The notes beneath the pieces were generated by a model. The model was not told the origin of the DNA, ran no database searches, and saw only the letters and a list, made by a program, of their open reading frames with translations. DNA of 64,000 bases, taken from contig CAWFXA010000002.1 of NCBI GenBank assembly GCA_963819655.1, positions 864,001 through 928,000 of the forward strand, given 5' to 3'. How positions within the stretch are numbered: position 1 is the stretch's first letter; each line of letters opens with the position of its first letter. A program made the translations under genes and the position numbers. Shown here one piece after another: positions 40,624 through 51,096 of this stretch. The DNA comes from an uncultured Chloroflexia bacterium (GTDB lineage Bacteria; Chloroflexota; Limnocylindria; Limnocylindrales; CSP1-4).

Positions 40624-42050
40624 ATCCCCCGGCCGGCACAGCGGACCGCCGGCGCGTGGTCATGTTCGTCCGCAACCCGTGTACCAATGACGTCCGGGTC
40701 CTGCGCGAGGCGGCGACGTTGCACGCGGCCGACTGGCCGACGACCATCGTGGCCCTGCAACCGGGCGGATCCGACGCGCCACCGGATCACGAGGATCGTG
40801 ACGGCGTGCGCATCATCCGGGTGCCGGCTCCGACGGATTGGCGGGTGCGCTGGCGGGACATGCGCTACTACCCGTGGCGCACGCTCCGCGGCGTGCCTCG
40901 TCTGCTCGTCCGGGCGCTGCGCTCGGGCCCCGCGGGCATCGGCGATGCGCTGAGCACAGTGGCCGTCTCGCTGGTCACCCTGCCCTACACGCTGATCCAG
41001 GCGGCGCGGTACGTCGCCAGCCGACGGGCGCGGCCCCGCCCGCATGATGTCGAGGACGGTCTCGATCACCTGGCCTGGTGGCGCCTGTCCGCGCTGGGCT
41101 GGGCGACGGCCGCCGCAGCCGCAGCCCCGCCCGCCGACGTGTACCACGGCCACGACCTGACCGGCCTGCCGGCCGCGGTCCGCGCCGCGCGCCGAGACGA
41201 TCGCGCCGCGATGGTGATCTACGACAGCCACGAGCTGTTCCTCGAGGCCGGCGTCGAGGCGCGCCAGCCGTGGTGGGTGCGCCGCATCCTCGGCCGGCTC
41301 GAACGCCGCTGGATCGCCGGCGTCGACGGCATCATCACGGTCAACGCCTCGATCGCCACCGAGCTGCGGCGCCGCTACGGCGGACCACCGGCGATCGTCG
41401 TGCGCAATGCCCCTCCGCGCCAGCCGATCGCGGCGACCCGGCCGGACCATCTGCGGTCCGCGGCGCGGATCCCGGCGGATGTCCCGGTGGTGCTCTACCA
41501 CGGCGGCTTCCAGCGCGACCGCGGCCTCGACGTCCTGGCCGAGGCGATGGCGGACCAGCGGGTCGCGCACGCACACCTCGTCTTCCTGGGGTTCGGGCCG
41601 CTGACCGAATCGCTCCATGGGCTTGCCGCGGAGCCGCGCTTCGGTGGCCGGCTGCACGTCCTGCCCGCCGTCCCGTTGGATGACCTCCTCGCGTGGGTCG
41701 CGTCGGCCGACGTGTCGGCGATGCCGAACCAGCCACGGACGCTCAACGAGCGCTACTCGACGCCCAACAAGCTGTTCGAGAGCCTCGCCGTCGGGACGCC
41801 GGTCGTCAGCAGCGATTTCCCGGAGCGCCGCCGGATCGTGATCGACGACCCGGACGGTCCTCTCGGCGCGGTCTGCGACCCGACGCGTCCGGCAGCCGTG
41901 GCCGCCGCCCTCGGCGAGATCCTGTCACTCGACGCGGCGGCGCTGGCCGACCTGCGGCGGCGCTGCCAGGTCGCCGCTCACGAGCGGTACTGCTGGGAGC
42001 GAGAGAGCGCGGAGCTCCTCGGGCTCTATTCCCGGCTGGCGGCCCGATGA
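40620..42050 (+). CDS. GT4 glycosyltransferase
   Basis: DVRVLREA, YDSHE, LYHGG..RGLD, PNKLFESLAVGTPVV. Confidence 0.9.
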   Translation: MNPPAGTADRRRVVMFVRNPCTNDVRVLREAATLHAADWPTTIVALQPGGSDAPPDHEDRDGVRIIRVPAPTDWRVRWRDMRYYPWRTLRGVPRLLVRALRSGPAGIGDALSTVAVSLVTLPYTLIQAARYVASRRARPRPHDVEDGLDHLAWWRLSALGWATAAAAAAPPADVYHGHDLTGLPAAVRAARRDDRAAMVIYDSHELFLEAGVEARQPWWVRRILGRLERRWIAGVDGIITVNASIATELRRRYGGPPAIVVRNAPPRQPIAATRPDHLRSAARIPADVPVVLYHGGFQRDRGLDVLAEAMADQRVAHAHLVFLGFGPLTESLHGLAAEPRFGGRLHVLPAVPLDDLLAWVASADVSAMPNQPRTLNERYSTPNKLFESLAVGTPVVSSDFPERRRIVIDDPDGPLGAVCDPTRPAAVAAALGEILSLDAAALADLRRRCQVAAHERYCWERESAELLGLYSRLAAR

Positions 42051-42082
42051 GCCTGCGTGTGCCCCGATGAGCCTGCGCGTGC
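42043..42082 (+). repeat. 20-bp tandem duplication spanning a stop/start junction
   Basis: CCCGATGAGCCTGCGTGTGC / CCCGATGAGCCTGCGCGTGC. Confidence 0.8.
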
Positions 42083-43779
42083 TCGTGGTCGCGCGGGCGT
42101 ACCCGTCGTTCGACGCGCCCGGTCGCGGCAGCTTCGTCCATGACCATGTCATCGCAGTTCAGGCGGCCGGCGCCGATCCGATCGTGGCCTCGTTCGAGAC
42201 GATCCAGGTGCGCGGTGACGACGACGTCCGGAAGGCGCGAGCCGGCCGCGCCGAAGCGGCATGGTCGGGGACGCTCGCGGACCCCGCGGCCTGCAATGCG
42301 GGCCCGCGGCTCGGCGCGCCCGGGGCGGCGGTCGCCCGCCTCCCGGTGATCCGAACGTGGGGAGCCCTCGACGGATCCGAGGTCCCCGAGATGGCGGCCC
42401 GCCACACCGCTCCGCTGCTGTCGTTCGGTCGAGCGCTCGCCACGCGGAGTGCTGCAGCCGGCCGCCCCATCGATGTGATCCACGCCCACAACGGGCTGCC
42501 GGACGGTGTCGCGGCGCTGTCGCTCGCGGCCGAGCTGGGAGTCCCGCTCGTCGTCACCGAGCACGACTCGACCCTGCGCGATCGCCTTCGCCGGCCGGAG
42601 GCGGCTGCCGCCTACGGCAAGCTCCTCCGCCATGCCCGAGTCGTGGCCGTCAGCCAGGCCCAGGCCGATCGGGTGACCGCGGCGCTCTCGGAGCACGGCG
42701 AGCCCGTGCCGGTTCCGTTCGCCATCGTCCCGAACGCCGTGCCCCTGGACCACTTCCCACCCGCGCGACAGCCGACTCGCGACGCCGACCAGCTTCTCTG
42801 GGTCGGCGCTCGTTCCGAGCACAAGGGGATCGACACGCTCCTGCGGGCGATGGCCGTTGCGCATGGCCGGCTGCCGTCCCTGCGCCTGCGGATGATCGGC
42901 AGTGCGACCAACGCCGAGGACGCGCGATGGCAAGCACTCGCCGACGAGCTTGGGATCCGCGACGCCGTCTCATTCGAGCCGGTCGCCCCGCGCAGTGTCG
43001 TCGGCGATGAGATGCAGCAGGCCGGCATCTTCGTCCACCCGAGCCCGTTCGAGACGTTCGGGATGGTCGCCGCCGAGGCGCTCGCGTCCGGCCTGCCGGT
43101 GGCGGCCACGCCGTCGGGTGGGGTCGAGGAGATCGTGGGACGGGACGGGCGCTTCGGGGAGATCGCGACGGACCCCACGCCGAACGCCCTGGCCGACGCG
43201 ATCCTGCGGCTCCACGATCGGCTGGCGGAGATCGATCGGGATGCGATGCGCGCCGGTATCGAGGGCCGCTTCTCGCCGGCGGCGGTCGCGGCGCGGACGC
43301 TGGAGCTCTACGACGAGGTCCGCCGTGCCGCGGGTCGATCGCCGGCCGCGCCGCGCGCCGGACCGCCGCCGGGTCGAATCGCCCCATCGACGAAGCCGAT
43401 CGCGGCCGCGCTGTTCGTCGCCGCTCACGGCGCCGATCGCCTGTCAGCGAGCCACCTCACGAGCGGACGGCTGCCGGTGGCCGTCGTTGCGCCCGACTCG
43501 ACGCTGCGGACGACCCGCAGCAAGCGCTGGGTCCGCCGGCTGACCGGCACCCCGTCGCCGGATGCCCGGACAGGCTTCCGCGAGGCGATCAGGGCGCGCT
43601 GGGACGAGCTGGCCGCAGAACATCCGGACGGGCGAGTCGTGATCGTCCCGGCCGACGTCGGCGATCTCGAGGCGGCACTCGAGGCCCTCGGCGAGACGGC
43701 CAGGACCAACCTGGCGCCCGGGTCGCGACGCTGGCTGGCCGACCGTCAGGACGCGTCCACGGAGCCTGTGCGACGATGA
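42067..43779 (+). CDS. GT4 glycosyltransferase with C-terminal extension
   Basis: DVIHAH, VTEH, KGID, ETFGMVAAEALASGLPV. Confidence 0.88.
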   Translation: MSLRVLVVARAYPSFDAPGRGSFVHDHVIAVQAAGADPIVASFETIQVRGDDDVRKARAGRAEAAWSGTLADPAACNAGPRLGAPGAAVARLPVIRTWGALDGSEVPEMAARHTAPLLSFGRALATRSAAAGRPIDVIHAHNGLPDGVAALSLAAELGVPLVVTEHDSTLRDRLRRPEAAAAYGKLLRHARVVAVSQAQADRVTAALSEHGEPVPVPFAIVPNAVPLDHFPPARQPTRDADQLLWVGARSEHKGIDTLLRAMAVAHGRLPSLRLRMIGSATNAEDARWQALADELGIRDAVSFEPVAPRSVVGDEMQQAGIFVHPSPFETFGMVAAEALASGLPVAATPSGGVEEIVGRDGRFGEIATDPTPNALADAILRLHDRLAEIDRDAMRAGIEGRFSPAAVAARTLELYDEVRRAAGRSPAAPRAGPPPGRIAPSTKPIAAALFVAAHGADRLSASHLTSGRLPVAVVAPDSTLRTTRSKRWVRRLTGTPSPDARTGFREAIRARWDELAAEHPDGRVVIVPADVGDLEAALEALGETARTNLAPGSRRWLADRQDASTEPVRR

Positions 43780-45134
43780 CGACCATGCCCCCAACTTCGA
43801 CCGAGGCAGAAGCGGTCGCTGACGCAAGGACCGCGACCGATACGCGGATCGCGATCGTCGGCCTCGGCTATGTCGGGCTGCCGCTGGCCCTCGCGTTCAG
43901 CGAAGCGGGCCTCGACGTCGTCGGGCTCGATGCGAGCCCGGCGCGCGTCGAGGAGCTCAGGGCCGGTCGGTCCCCGATCGACGACATCGACGACGAGCGA
44001 CTCGGGCATGGCCTGGAGCGCGGGCTCCGGATCATGTCCACCGAGGACGCCGACGTCGCCGCGGTCGACGCGGTGTTCGTGTGCGTCCCGACCCCGATCA
44101 CGACGACCAAGGATCCGGACCTCGGCCCGGTCCTCGGAGCCGCGGACTTCCTGTGCAGCCGGCTGCGTCCGGGCCAGCTCATCGTCCTCCAGTCGACGAC
44201 GTTCCCCGGGACGACGACCGGCCCGTTCCGCGAGGCCCTCGAGCGCAGCGGTCTCCGCGCCGGCGTCGATTTCGATCTCGCGTTCGCACCGGAACGCGTC
44301 AGTCCCGGTGACCCGGCCAGCGCATCGAAGGACATCCCACGGCTCGTCGGTGCGACGACCCCCGAGGCGACACGCCGAGCCGCCGCGCTCCTCGGCCGGA
44401 TCAACACGCGGGTCGTCGAGCTGTCGTCGCCCGACGCCGCGGAGCTGGCCAAGCTGCTCGAGAACGTGTTCCGCAACGTGAACATCGCATTCGTGAATCA
44501 GCTTGCCCTGCTGTGCGAGCGGATGGGCCTCGACGTGTGGGAGGTCATCGACGCCGCCGCCACGAAGCCGTTCGGGTTCATGCGGTTCACGCCGGGACCC
44601 GGGGTCGGCGGCCATTGCATCCCGGTCGATCCGTACTACCTGGCGTGGCGCGCGCGGGAGTTCGATTTCATCGATCGATTCGTCGAGCTTGCCGGGGACA
44701 TCAACTTTGCGATGCCGCGTCACGTCGTCGACCTCGTGGCCGAGGCTCTCAACGACCGTGGCATGGCGCTCAAGGGCGCGCGCGTGGGCGTCGTCGGCGT
44801 CGCCTTCAAGCCGAACGTCCGCGACGCCCGGAACTCCCCGGCGGCGGGCGTCATCGCGGGACTTCTCGCACGCGGCGCGAGCGTGACGTTCCACGACCCG
44901 CACGTCGACACCTTCCTGGCCGCCGACGGCAGCGAGCATCGGGGAGTGTCACTCGACGAGCTGGTCGACGGCTCGGACGTGCTTGTCGTCGTCACGGCGC
45001 ATCGGTCGGTCGACTGGGCGCGCCTCTTCGACCGAGCCGAGCTGGTCGTCGATACCGTTGACAGCTCCCGCGGCCGGTCAGTTCGGCCGCGCCAGGTCCT
45101 GCGGCTCGGGGCCGGCTGGTCGGCTCGCGCCTGA
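43776..45134 (+). CDS. UDP-N-acetylglucosamine 6-dehydrogenase family (WbpA/WecC-like)
   Basis: GLGYVGLP, CVPTP, STTFPGTT, PERVSPG, KLLENVFRNVNIA, GVGGHCIPVDP, FKPNVRDARNSP. Confidence 0.93.
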   Translation: MTTMPPTSTEAEAVADARTATDTRIAIVGLGYVGLPLALAFSEAGLDVVGLDASPARVEELRAGRSPIDDIDDERLGHGLERGLRIMSTEDADVAAVDAVFVCVPTPITTTKDPDLGPVLGAADFLCSRLRPGQLIVLQSTTFPGTTTGPFREALERSGLRAGVDFDLAFAPERVSPGDPASASKDIPRLVGATTPEATRRAAALLGRINTRVVELSSPDAAELAKLLENVFRNVNIAFVNQLALLCERMGLDVWEVIDAAATKPFGFMRFTPGPGVGGHCIPVDPYYLAWRAREFDFIDRFVELAGDINFAMPRHVVDLVAEALNDRGMALKGARVGVVGVAFKPNVRDARNSPAAGVIAGLLARGASVTFHDPHVDTFLAADGSEHRGVSLDELVDGSDVLVVVTAHRSVDWARLFDRAELVVDTVDSSRGRSVRPRQVLRLGAGWSARA

Positions 45135-45136
45135 CG

Positions 45137-46438
45137 GTGGCTCGCGGACGGGCGGTCCTCCTCATCGCGAATACCGCCGCTCCCTATTCGCGGGGGCTGC
45201 GCGTCGCCCGTAGCCTCGCCGCGGCGGGCTGGGACGTGGAGATCGCCGCTGTCGCCGGTCCGGACGTGCCCGACGAGGAGCGCGACGGCGACATCCGGAT
45301 CCGGCGCTACAGACCGTCGGGACCGCTCCGTCGGTGGTCCACGCAACCACCCACCCCCAAGCCGCCGACCCAGGTCCTGCGCAGGCTCGTCCGACAGGTG
45401 GACAAGGCTCTCAAGGCGTGGCTGTGGCCGATCCACGTTCGCGCGTGGTGGCGGACCCTTCGCCGGGAGCTGCAACCCGCGGACCTGTATCACGCCTTCG
45501 GCATCCTCACCGTGCCTGTCGCGCTGGGCCTGGCCGCGGACGCCCGCCGCCAAGGGCGACGCGGCATCGTCGTCTATGACGTGATCGACGCGATCCTCGA
45601 TTCGAACAACTACCAGCATGTTCCGGGTCAGCTGCTCGACCGCTACCGGGCAAAGGAAGCGGGCTGGGTGCGGCGGGTCGATGCGGTGGTGACCGTCAAC
45701 GACGCGCTGGCCGACCACTGCCAGGCGATCTGGCCGTTCCGGGAACGTCCCACCGTGCTGTTGAATGCGCAGGAGCGCTGGGATCCGCCGGCGACGCGGC
45801 CCGATCTGATCCGGCGGGCGGCCGACCTGCCCGCCGACCGGTCCATCGTCCTCTTCGTCGGGCGCCTCGGTCGCGAGCGGGGGCTCGAGGAGGCGTCCGA
45901 AGCGGTCCTGAAGCTCGACGATGCGGCGTTCGTGATGCTCGGCTTTCCGGTGTCGAAGGATTGGGCGACGGAACTGGCCGCGCGTTCGGCCGACCCTCGG
46001 TACAAGGGTCGCTACGTGGTCCTACCGCCCGTCCACCCCGACGAGGTTCGACTGTGGGCCGCGTCTGCGGACGTGTCGATCCTCGCGGTCCCAGCGAACT
46101 CACTCAATCAGCGGCTGTCGATGCCGAACAAGTTCTGGGAGAGCCTCGCGGCCGGGACACCGGTCGTCGTCGGCCGCGACCTCGAGGTCATGCGGGCGAT
46201 CGTGGAGGCAGACGACCTGGGCGCGGTCGCCGATCCGGCCGACCCGGACGACCTGGCGCGCGCCCTGCGCGAGGTCCTCGAGCAGCCGGCGGCAGACCGC
46301 GCTGCGATGCGGGCGCGCTGCCTCTCCGTGTCCCGTGACCGCTACGCGTGGGAGACCGTCGTCCTCCCGTACCTGGCCCTCGTCGACCGGCTGGCGCCTC
46401 CGCGGCCGGACGCCGGGTCGACGACCGAACCGGCCTAG
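45137..46438 (+). CDS. GT4 glycosyltransferase
   Basis: VYDVID, FVGRL..RGLE, PNKFWESLAAGTPV. Confidence 0.88.
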   Translation: MARGRAVLLIANTAAPYSRGLRVARSLAAAGWDVEIAAVAGPDVPDEERDGDIRIRRYRPSGPLRRWSTQPPTPKPPTQVLRRLVRQVDKALKAWLWPIHVRAWWRTLRRELQPADLYHAFGILTVPVALGLAADARRQGRRGIVVYDVIDAILDSNNYQHVPGQLLDRYRAKEAGWVRRVDAVVTVNDALADHCQAIWPFRERPTVLLNAQERWDPPATRPDLIRRAADLPADRSIVLFVGRLGRERGLEEASEAVLKLDDAAFVMLGFPVSKDWATELAARSADPRYKGRYVVLPPVHPDEVRLWAASADVSILAVPANSLNQRLSMPNKFWESLAAGTPVVVGRDLEVMRAIVEADDLGAVADPADPDDLARALREVLEQPAADRAAMRARCLSVSRDRYAWETVVLPYLALVDRLAPPRPDAGSTTEPA

Positions 46439-47427
46439 CGGATCCCGGGCGACCGGCCGACAGCCGCGCCGACACGCCGTCGGGCGCGACCAAGCCACCG
46501 TCGGACCGACGGCGGTCGGAGCCGTCTCAGCCGCTTCGGGAGCCGGGCCTCGACGAGCTTCGCCACGGCGTGTCGCTGTGCCCCCCACGCGCGACCCGTC
46601 CGCACCGACCTGACCAGCAGCGCCCGTCCGAGGTCGTGCAGGCCCCCTTGCGTGAACATCGCGCTCATCTCGGCCAGGATCCGCGGCGCGGCAGCCCGGT
46701 CATGGGCCTGCAGGCGCTCGAGGAGGAGGCCCTCCCCCAGGATCCGCTGCCGGACGATGGTCTTCGACTTGTGCATCAGGCTCCGGTCGGCCGACAGGGC
46801 CTTGTCGTGGACCCGGTAATGGAGATGGACGCCCGGGATGTGGGCGGCCGGATGACGAGCCAGCACGCGGAACCACATCTCCGCGTCGACATCGGCCCGC
46901 AGCGCCTCGTCGAACGGCCCGACCTCGTCGAGCACGGCCCGCGGCATCATCACGGTCGAGCCGTTGATCGGGTTCGCCCAGAACACGGTCACGAACAGGT
47001 CCGGGTGACGCCACGGGATGTCGCTCCGGTCGGCCACGAACGCGCCCTGCGCATCGATCTGGTCGAAGCCCATGAACGACAGGCCCAGCTCGGGATCCGC
47101 TGCGAAAGCGGCGACCTGGCGGGCGACCTTGTCCGGGACGAACGCGTCGTCCGAGCTCAGCCAGCAGACGTACTGGCCCCTACTCTCGCGGATGCCGTGG
47201 TTGAGGGCGTTCGCCGCACCGTGGTTGGTCTGGCGGATGGCGCGAACGCGATCGCCGTACGAGGCGAGGATGTCCGGCGTCTCATCGGTCGACCCGTCGT
47301 CGACGACGACGACCTCGATCGCCGAGTACGTCTGCGCCAGGACGCTGTCGATCGAGGCACGCAGGTACGAGGCCTGGTTGTAGGTGGGGATGACGACCGA
47401 CACGAGCGGCGACTGGTCGGGCTGCAC
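46435..47427 (-). CDS. GT2 glycosyltransferase
   Basis: VSVVIPTYN, VDDGSTD, LSSDD. Confidence 0.9.
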   Translation of the reverse strand: MQPDQSPLVSVVIPTYNQASYLRASIDSVLAQTYSAIEVVVVDDGSTDETPDILASYGDRVRAIRQTNHGAANALNHGIRESRGQYVCWLSSDDAFVPDKVARQVAAFAADPELGLSFMGFDQIDAQGAFVADRSDIPWRHPDLFVTVFWANPINGSTVMMPRAVLDEVGPFDEALRADVDAEMWFRVLARHPAAHIPGVHLHYRVHDKALSADRSLMHKSKTIVRQRILGEGLLLERLQAHDRAAAPRILAEMSAMFTQGGLHDLGRALLVRSVRTGRAWGAQRHAVAKLVEARLPKRLRRLRPPSVRRWLGRARRRVGAAVGRSPGIR

Positions 47428-47498
47428 CCGCGCATGATAGGCAGTCGGCGCCCCGGATCCCCTGTCGATGGCGGTCGTCGGGTACGATCGGGCGCGCC

Positions 47499-48353
47499 GT
47501 GTCGACCCTCCCGCCCTCCCCGCCTGCGTACGACCCGCAGGAGTACTGGACGTCGCTCCATCGGGAGGAGAGCCTGCGGGCGGTCGGCCAGTCGGGCCTG
47601 CCGGCCGATCTCAACGTGTGGCTGTATCGCATCGGTCGTCGCAACGTCCGGGCGTTCATGCGCCGCCATGGCCTCGCTGACCTGACTGGCCTGAGCGTGC
47701 TGGACATCGGGTCCGGTACCGGGTTCTGGATCGACGTGTGGCGGTCGATGGGCGCCGCTTCGATCGACGGCGTCGAGCTCGTGCCAGCGGCGGTCGAGCG
47801 CCTGCGGGAGCACTTTCCGGGATCGACCTTCACCGTCGGCGACATCGCCGACCCAGGGGTCCTGCCGGGCGACCAGCGTTTCGACGTCGTGGCCGTCATG
47901 AACGTCCTGCTCCACATCGTCGACGACGACCGGTTCGCGGCAGCCGCGGCCAACGTCGCTGCCACGGTCCGGCCGGGCGGTCGCCTCCTGCTTGCGGAGC
48001 CCGCGCTGGTTCGTGCCGGATCGGTCCGTCCGGCGAAGCCCGGGGCCAGCTCCAAGGCTCGGCCGATCGGCACCTACCGTGCCGCGTTCGAGGCGGGTGG
48101 CCTGCGTCTGGTCGGTGTCGGCCCGAGCACGGTGGTCGGTGCCAATCCGATCGAGACCGGGGATCCGCGCTACCGTTCGTACGCGGGCGCATGGAAGCGC
48201 ATCGGCCGCTGGGCACGACGCTGGCCGCGCCTGGCAGGCATCGTCGGTCTCGGGCTGGCGGTCGTCGATCGCGTGCTCATGGCGACCGGGGCGGCCCCGT
48301 CGGGCAAGCTCATCCTCTTCGAGCGACCGGCATCGCCCGCCGACACGCCATAA
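47499..48353 (+). CDS. class I SAM-dependent methyltransferase
   Basis: VLDIGSGTG, FDVV, VLLH, VRPGG. Confidence 0.88.
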   Translation: MSTLPPSPPAYDPQEYWTSLHREESLRAVGQSGLPADLNVWLYRIGRRNVRAFMRRHGLADLTGLSVLDIGSGTGFWIDVWRSMGAASIDGVELVPAAVERLREHFPGSTFTVGDIADPGVLPGDQRFDVVAVMNVLLHIVDDDRFAAAAANVAATVRPGGRLLLAEPALVRAGSVRPAKPGASSKARPIGTYRAAFEAGGLRLVGVGPSTVVGANPIETGDPRYRSYAGAWKRIGRWARRWPRLAGIVGLGLAVVDRVLMATGAAPSGKLILFERPASPADTP

Positions 48354-48380
48354 CCGATCGAGTCACATCCGGAGGAGTCC

Positions 48381-49298
48381 ATGGCCGTTCTCATCACCGG
48401 TGGCCTCGGGGTCATCGGGCGCCGCCTGGCTGAGCACCTGCGCGAGCACGGATACGACGTCAAGGTCACCGACGTAGCGATCCGCAGCGAGCCCGACTAT
48501 CGGCGCGCCGACGTGACCCGCTATGAGGAGCTCACCGAGGTCTTTCGGACCTGGCCGATCGAGCACGTGTTCCATCTCGCCGGCGAGGTGGGGCGAGAGA
48601 ACGGCGAGCAGTTCCCGCGGCGCTGCGTCGACATCAACGTCAGCGGCACGCTCAACCTCGTCCAGCTCTGCCAGGAGTACGGGGCGCGGCTGTATTTCGC
48701 CAGCACCAGCGAGATCTACGGCGATCACGGATCCGACCTGGTGACGGAGGAGCTGGAGACCGGCACGGTCCTCGCGCCGACGAACTGCTACGGATGGTCG
48801 AAGCTCCACGCGGAGCACTACCTCCGGCATTTCAGCGAGAGTCAGGGGCTGAAGGCGGCCGCGATGCGCTTCTTCATGTGCTACGGGCCGGGGGAGCGGC
48901 CGGACCCGTTCCGGAGCGCGATGACCAACTTCATCGACAGGGTCCGCCACGACCGACCGATCACCGTGCACCGCGGCACGTCGCGCAGCTGGTGCTACAT
49001 CGACGACATCGTGGCCGGCTGCCGGCTCCTCATGGAGAACTGGGACGGCGAGCGCTACGAGGGGTTCAACATCGGACGCGCCGACCCGCAACCGACGACC
49101 GAGGTCGCCGCGCTGATCTGCGAGATGCTCGACAAGCCGACCAGCCTGATCGAGCTCGCCGATCCGGGTCCCCTCGTGACCCCCGTCAAGAACGCATCGT
49201 TCGACAAGGCGCAGCGCCTGCTCGGGTACGAGGCGCAGGTCGGGCTGCGCGAGGGCATCGAGCGGACGATCGCCTGGCACGAAGCGACCCAGCCCTGA
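48381..49298 (+). CDS. NAD-dependent epimerase/dehydratase
   Basis: ITGGLGVIG, FASTSEIYG, YGWSK, YGPGE; GGAGG RBS. Confidence 0.92.
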   Translation: MAVLITGGLGVIGRRLAEHLREHGYDVKVTDVAIRSEPDYRRADVTRYEELTEVFRTWPIEHVFHLAGEVGRENGEQFPRRCVDINVSGTLNLVQLCQEYGARLYFASTSEIYGDHGSDLVTEELETGTVLAPTNCYGWSKLHAEHYLRHFSESQGLKAAAMRFFMCYGPGERPDPFRSAMTNFIDRVRHDRPITVHRGTSRSWCYIDDIVAGCRLLMENWDGERYEGFNIGRADPQPTTEVAALICEMLDKPTSLIELADPGPLVTPVKNASFDKAQRLLGYEAQVGLREGIERTIAWHEATQP

Positions 49299-49308
49299 CC
49301 CGATCGCC

Positions 49309-50208
49309 GTGACGCGCGTCCTCGTCACCGGGGCCGGCGGGTTCATCGGGCGTCACGTCGTGCGCGGGGCGCCGCCTGCGTGGGATGTCGTCGCGCTGTC
49401 ACGCGGCCCCGCACCGGGGGACGCCCGCGGACGGTGGGTCCGGTGGGTTGCGCCGGACGCCTTGCCGTCCGAGGTGACCGGCACGCACTACGACGCTGTG
49501 ATCCACCTCGCCGGGAACGCCGATCACGGCCTGGCCGTGCGCGAACCGTGGCGGGACCTCGAGGCGACCGGCGTACTCGGCGCGTCGATCCTGGGCCAGG
49601 TCGATGCGGCACGGATCGTCCTGCTGTCGTCCGCCGCGGTTTATGCCGGGCTGGCGGGCCCGGTGGACCCGGCGGTCCGAGTCGACCCGCCGATGCCCTA
49701 CGCCCTGTCGAAGCTGTACGTGGAAGGCTTCGTTCGCGGGCGGGTCGCCGCGGGTCACGCCGGCGGCGCCGCGATCATCCGGCTGTACAACGCGTTCGGC
49801 CCGGGCGAGCGGCCGACCCGCCTGGTGCCGCGCGTCGTCGACGCCATGCGGAGCGGGTCGCCGTTCCGGCTGAGCGGCGCCCCCAATTCGCTCTCTGACC
49901 CCGTCTACATCGACGACGTCGTGTCGGCGCTCGTCGCCGCCGCGACCGGCGTCGCCGATGGCACATGGGACCTGTGCGGCGGCGACCCGCGGCCGCTGCT
50001 CGAGCAGGTCGCCCGCATCGCCCGGTCGCTCGACAGCGAGCCGCCCGCCATCGAGCAGGTGCCGGACACGACGCAGACACCGATCCACTTCCACAGCGAC
50101 CCGCGCCCGCTCGCCGACGCACTCGGGACCAAGGTCCCGCGGCCGTTCGAGACCGGCGTGCGCAGGTACGCCCGCGGGATGGGCTGGACCCGGCCTAGGA
50201 CTGCCTAA
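49309..50208 (+). CDS. NAD-dependent epimerase/dehydratase
   Basis: VTGAGGFIG, SSAAVY, YALSK, NAFGPGE. Confidence 0.9.
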   Translation: MTRVLVTGAGGFIGRHVVRGAPPAWDVVALSRGPAPGDARGRWVRWVAPDALPSEVTGTHYDAVIHLAGNADHGLAVREPWRDLEATGVLGASILGQVDAARIVLLSSAAVYAGLAGPVDPAVRVDPPMPYALSKLYVEGFVRGRVAAGHAGGAAIIRLYNAFGPGERPTRLVPRVVDAMRSGSPFRLSGAPNSLSDPVYIDDVVSALVAAATGVADGTWDLCGGDPRPLLEQVARIARSLDSEPPAIEQVPDTTQTPIHFHSDPRPLADALGTKVPRPFETGVRRYARGMGWTRPRTA

Positions 50209-51096
50209 CCCGGCAGGCCGCTGCGGGCCGCATCCGGTGGCAGCGACCCCTGCCCGGCGTCGGCGATGGCGCGCGCCAGCGCAGCCTCGCGCTCGGCCTT
50301 GGTCCGCTCGGAATGCTCGCGGTGGATCGCCACGACCTCGGCGGGATCGCCTTCGGCCACGATCCGGCCCTCCTCGAGCAGGATCGCGCGGTTGCAGAAC
50401 TCCATGACCCAGTTCATGTCGTGGGTCACGAGCACGACGCCCTTGGCGCCCTTGACCAGGTCGAGCACGCGCTGCTTCGACTTGGTCCGGAACGACTGAT
50501 CGCCGGTCGCGAGCACCTCGTCGAGCAGCAGGATGTCCGGGTCGACCGAGGTGGCGATGGCGAAGCCCAGGCGAGCCCGCATACCGGACGAGTAGGTCTT
50601 GATCGGCGCATCGATGAACGGGCCGATGTCGGCGAACTCGATGATGCCCGGGGTGATCTGGCGCATCGACCGCCGGGTCGAGGCCGAGGAACGCGCCCGG
50701 CCAGGCGGATGTTGTCGAGACCGGATCAGCTCCTGGTCGAAGCCGGCACCGAGCGTCAGCAGGCTGGAGATCCGGCCATCGACCTCCACCACGCCCTCCG
50801 ACGGCGTGATGATCCCGGCCAGGACCTGGAGGAGCGTGCTCTTGCCCGCCCCGTTCGGGCCGATGACCGCCAGCGATTCTCCGTGGACCAACGCGGAAAG
50901 CGACGTCGCGGAGAGCCCAGAACTCGATCGGCCGGCTGGCGCCGGAACAGGTTCACGAACGAGCGATGGAGCGTCGTCTTGCGGGTGAACCGGAGGCTGT
51001 ACTGGACGCCGAGGCCGTGGACCTCGATGGCGACTGGCGCGTCGGTCGGCATCGGTCCGGCACGGCTGCGCTGAGGCGCTCGTCGACATCGACCAT
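50205..51096 (-). pseudogene. wzt: polysaccharide ABC exporter ATPase, several frameshifts
   Basis: GPNGAGKSTL, YSSGMRARLGF, LLLDEVLATGD, VTHD; frame switches between motifs. Confidence 0.85.
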
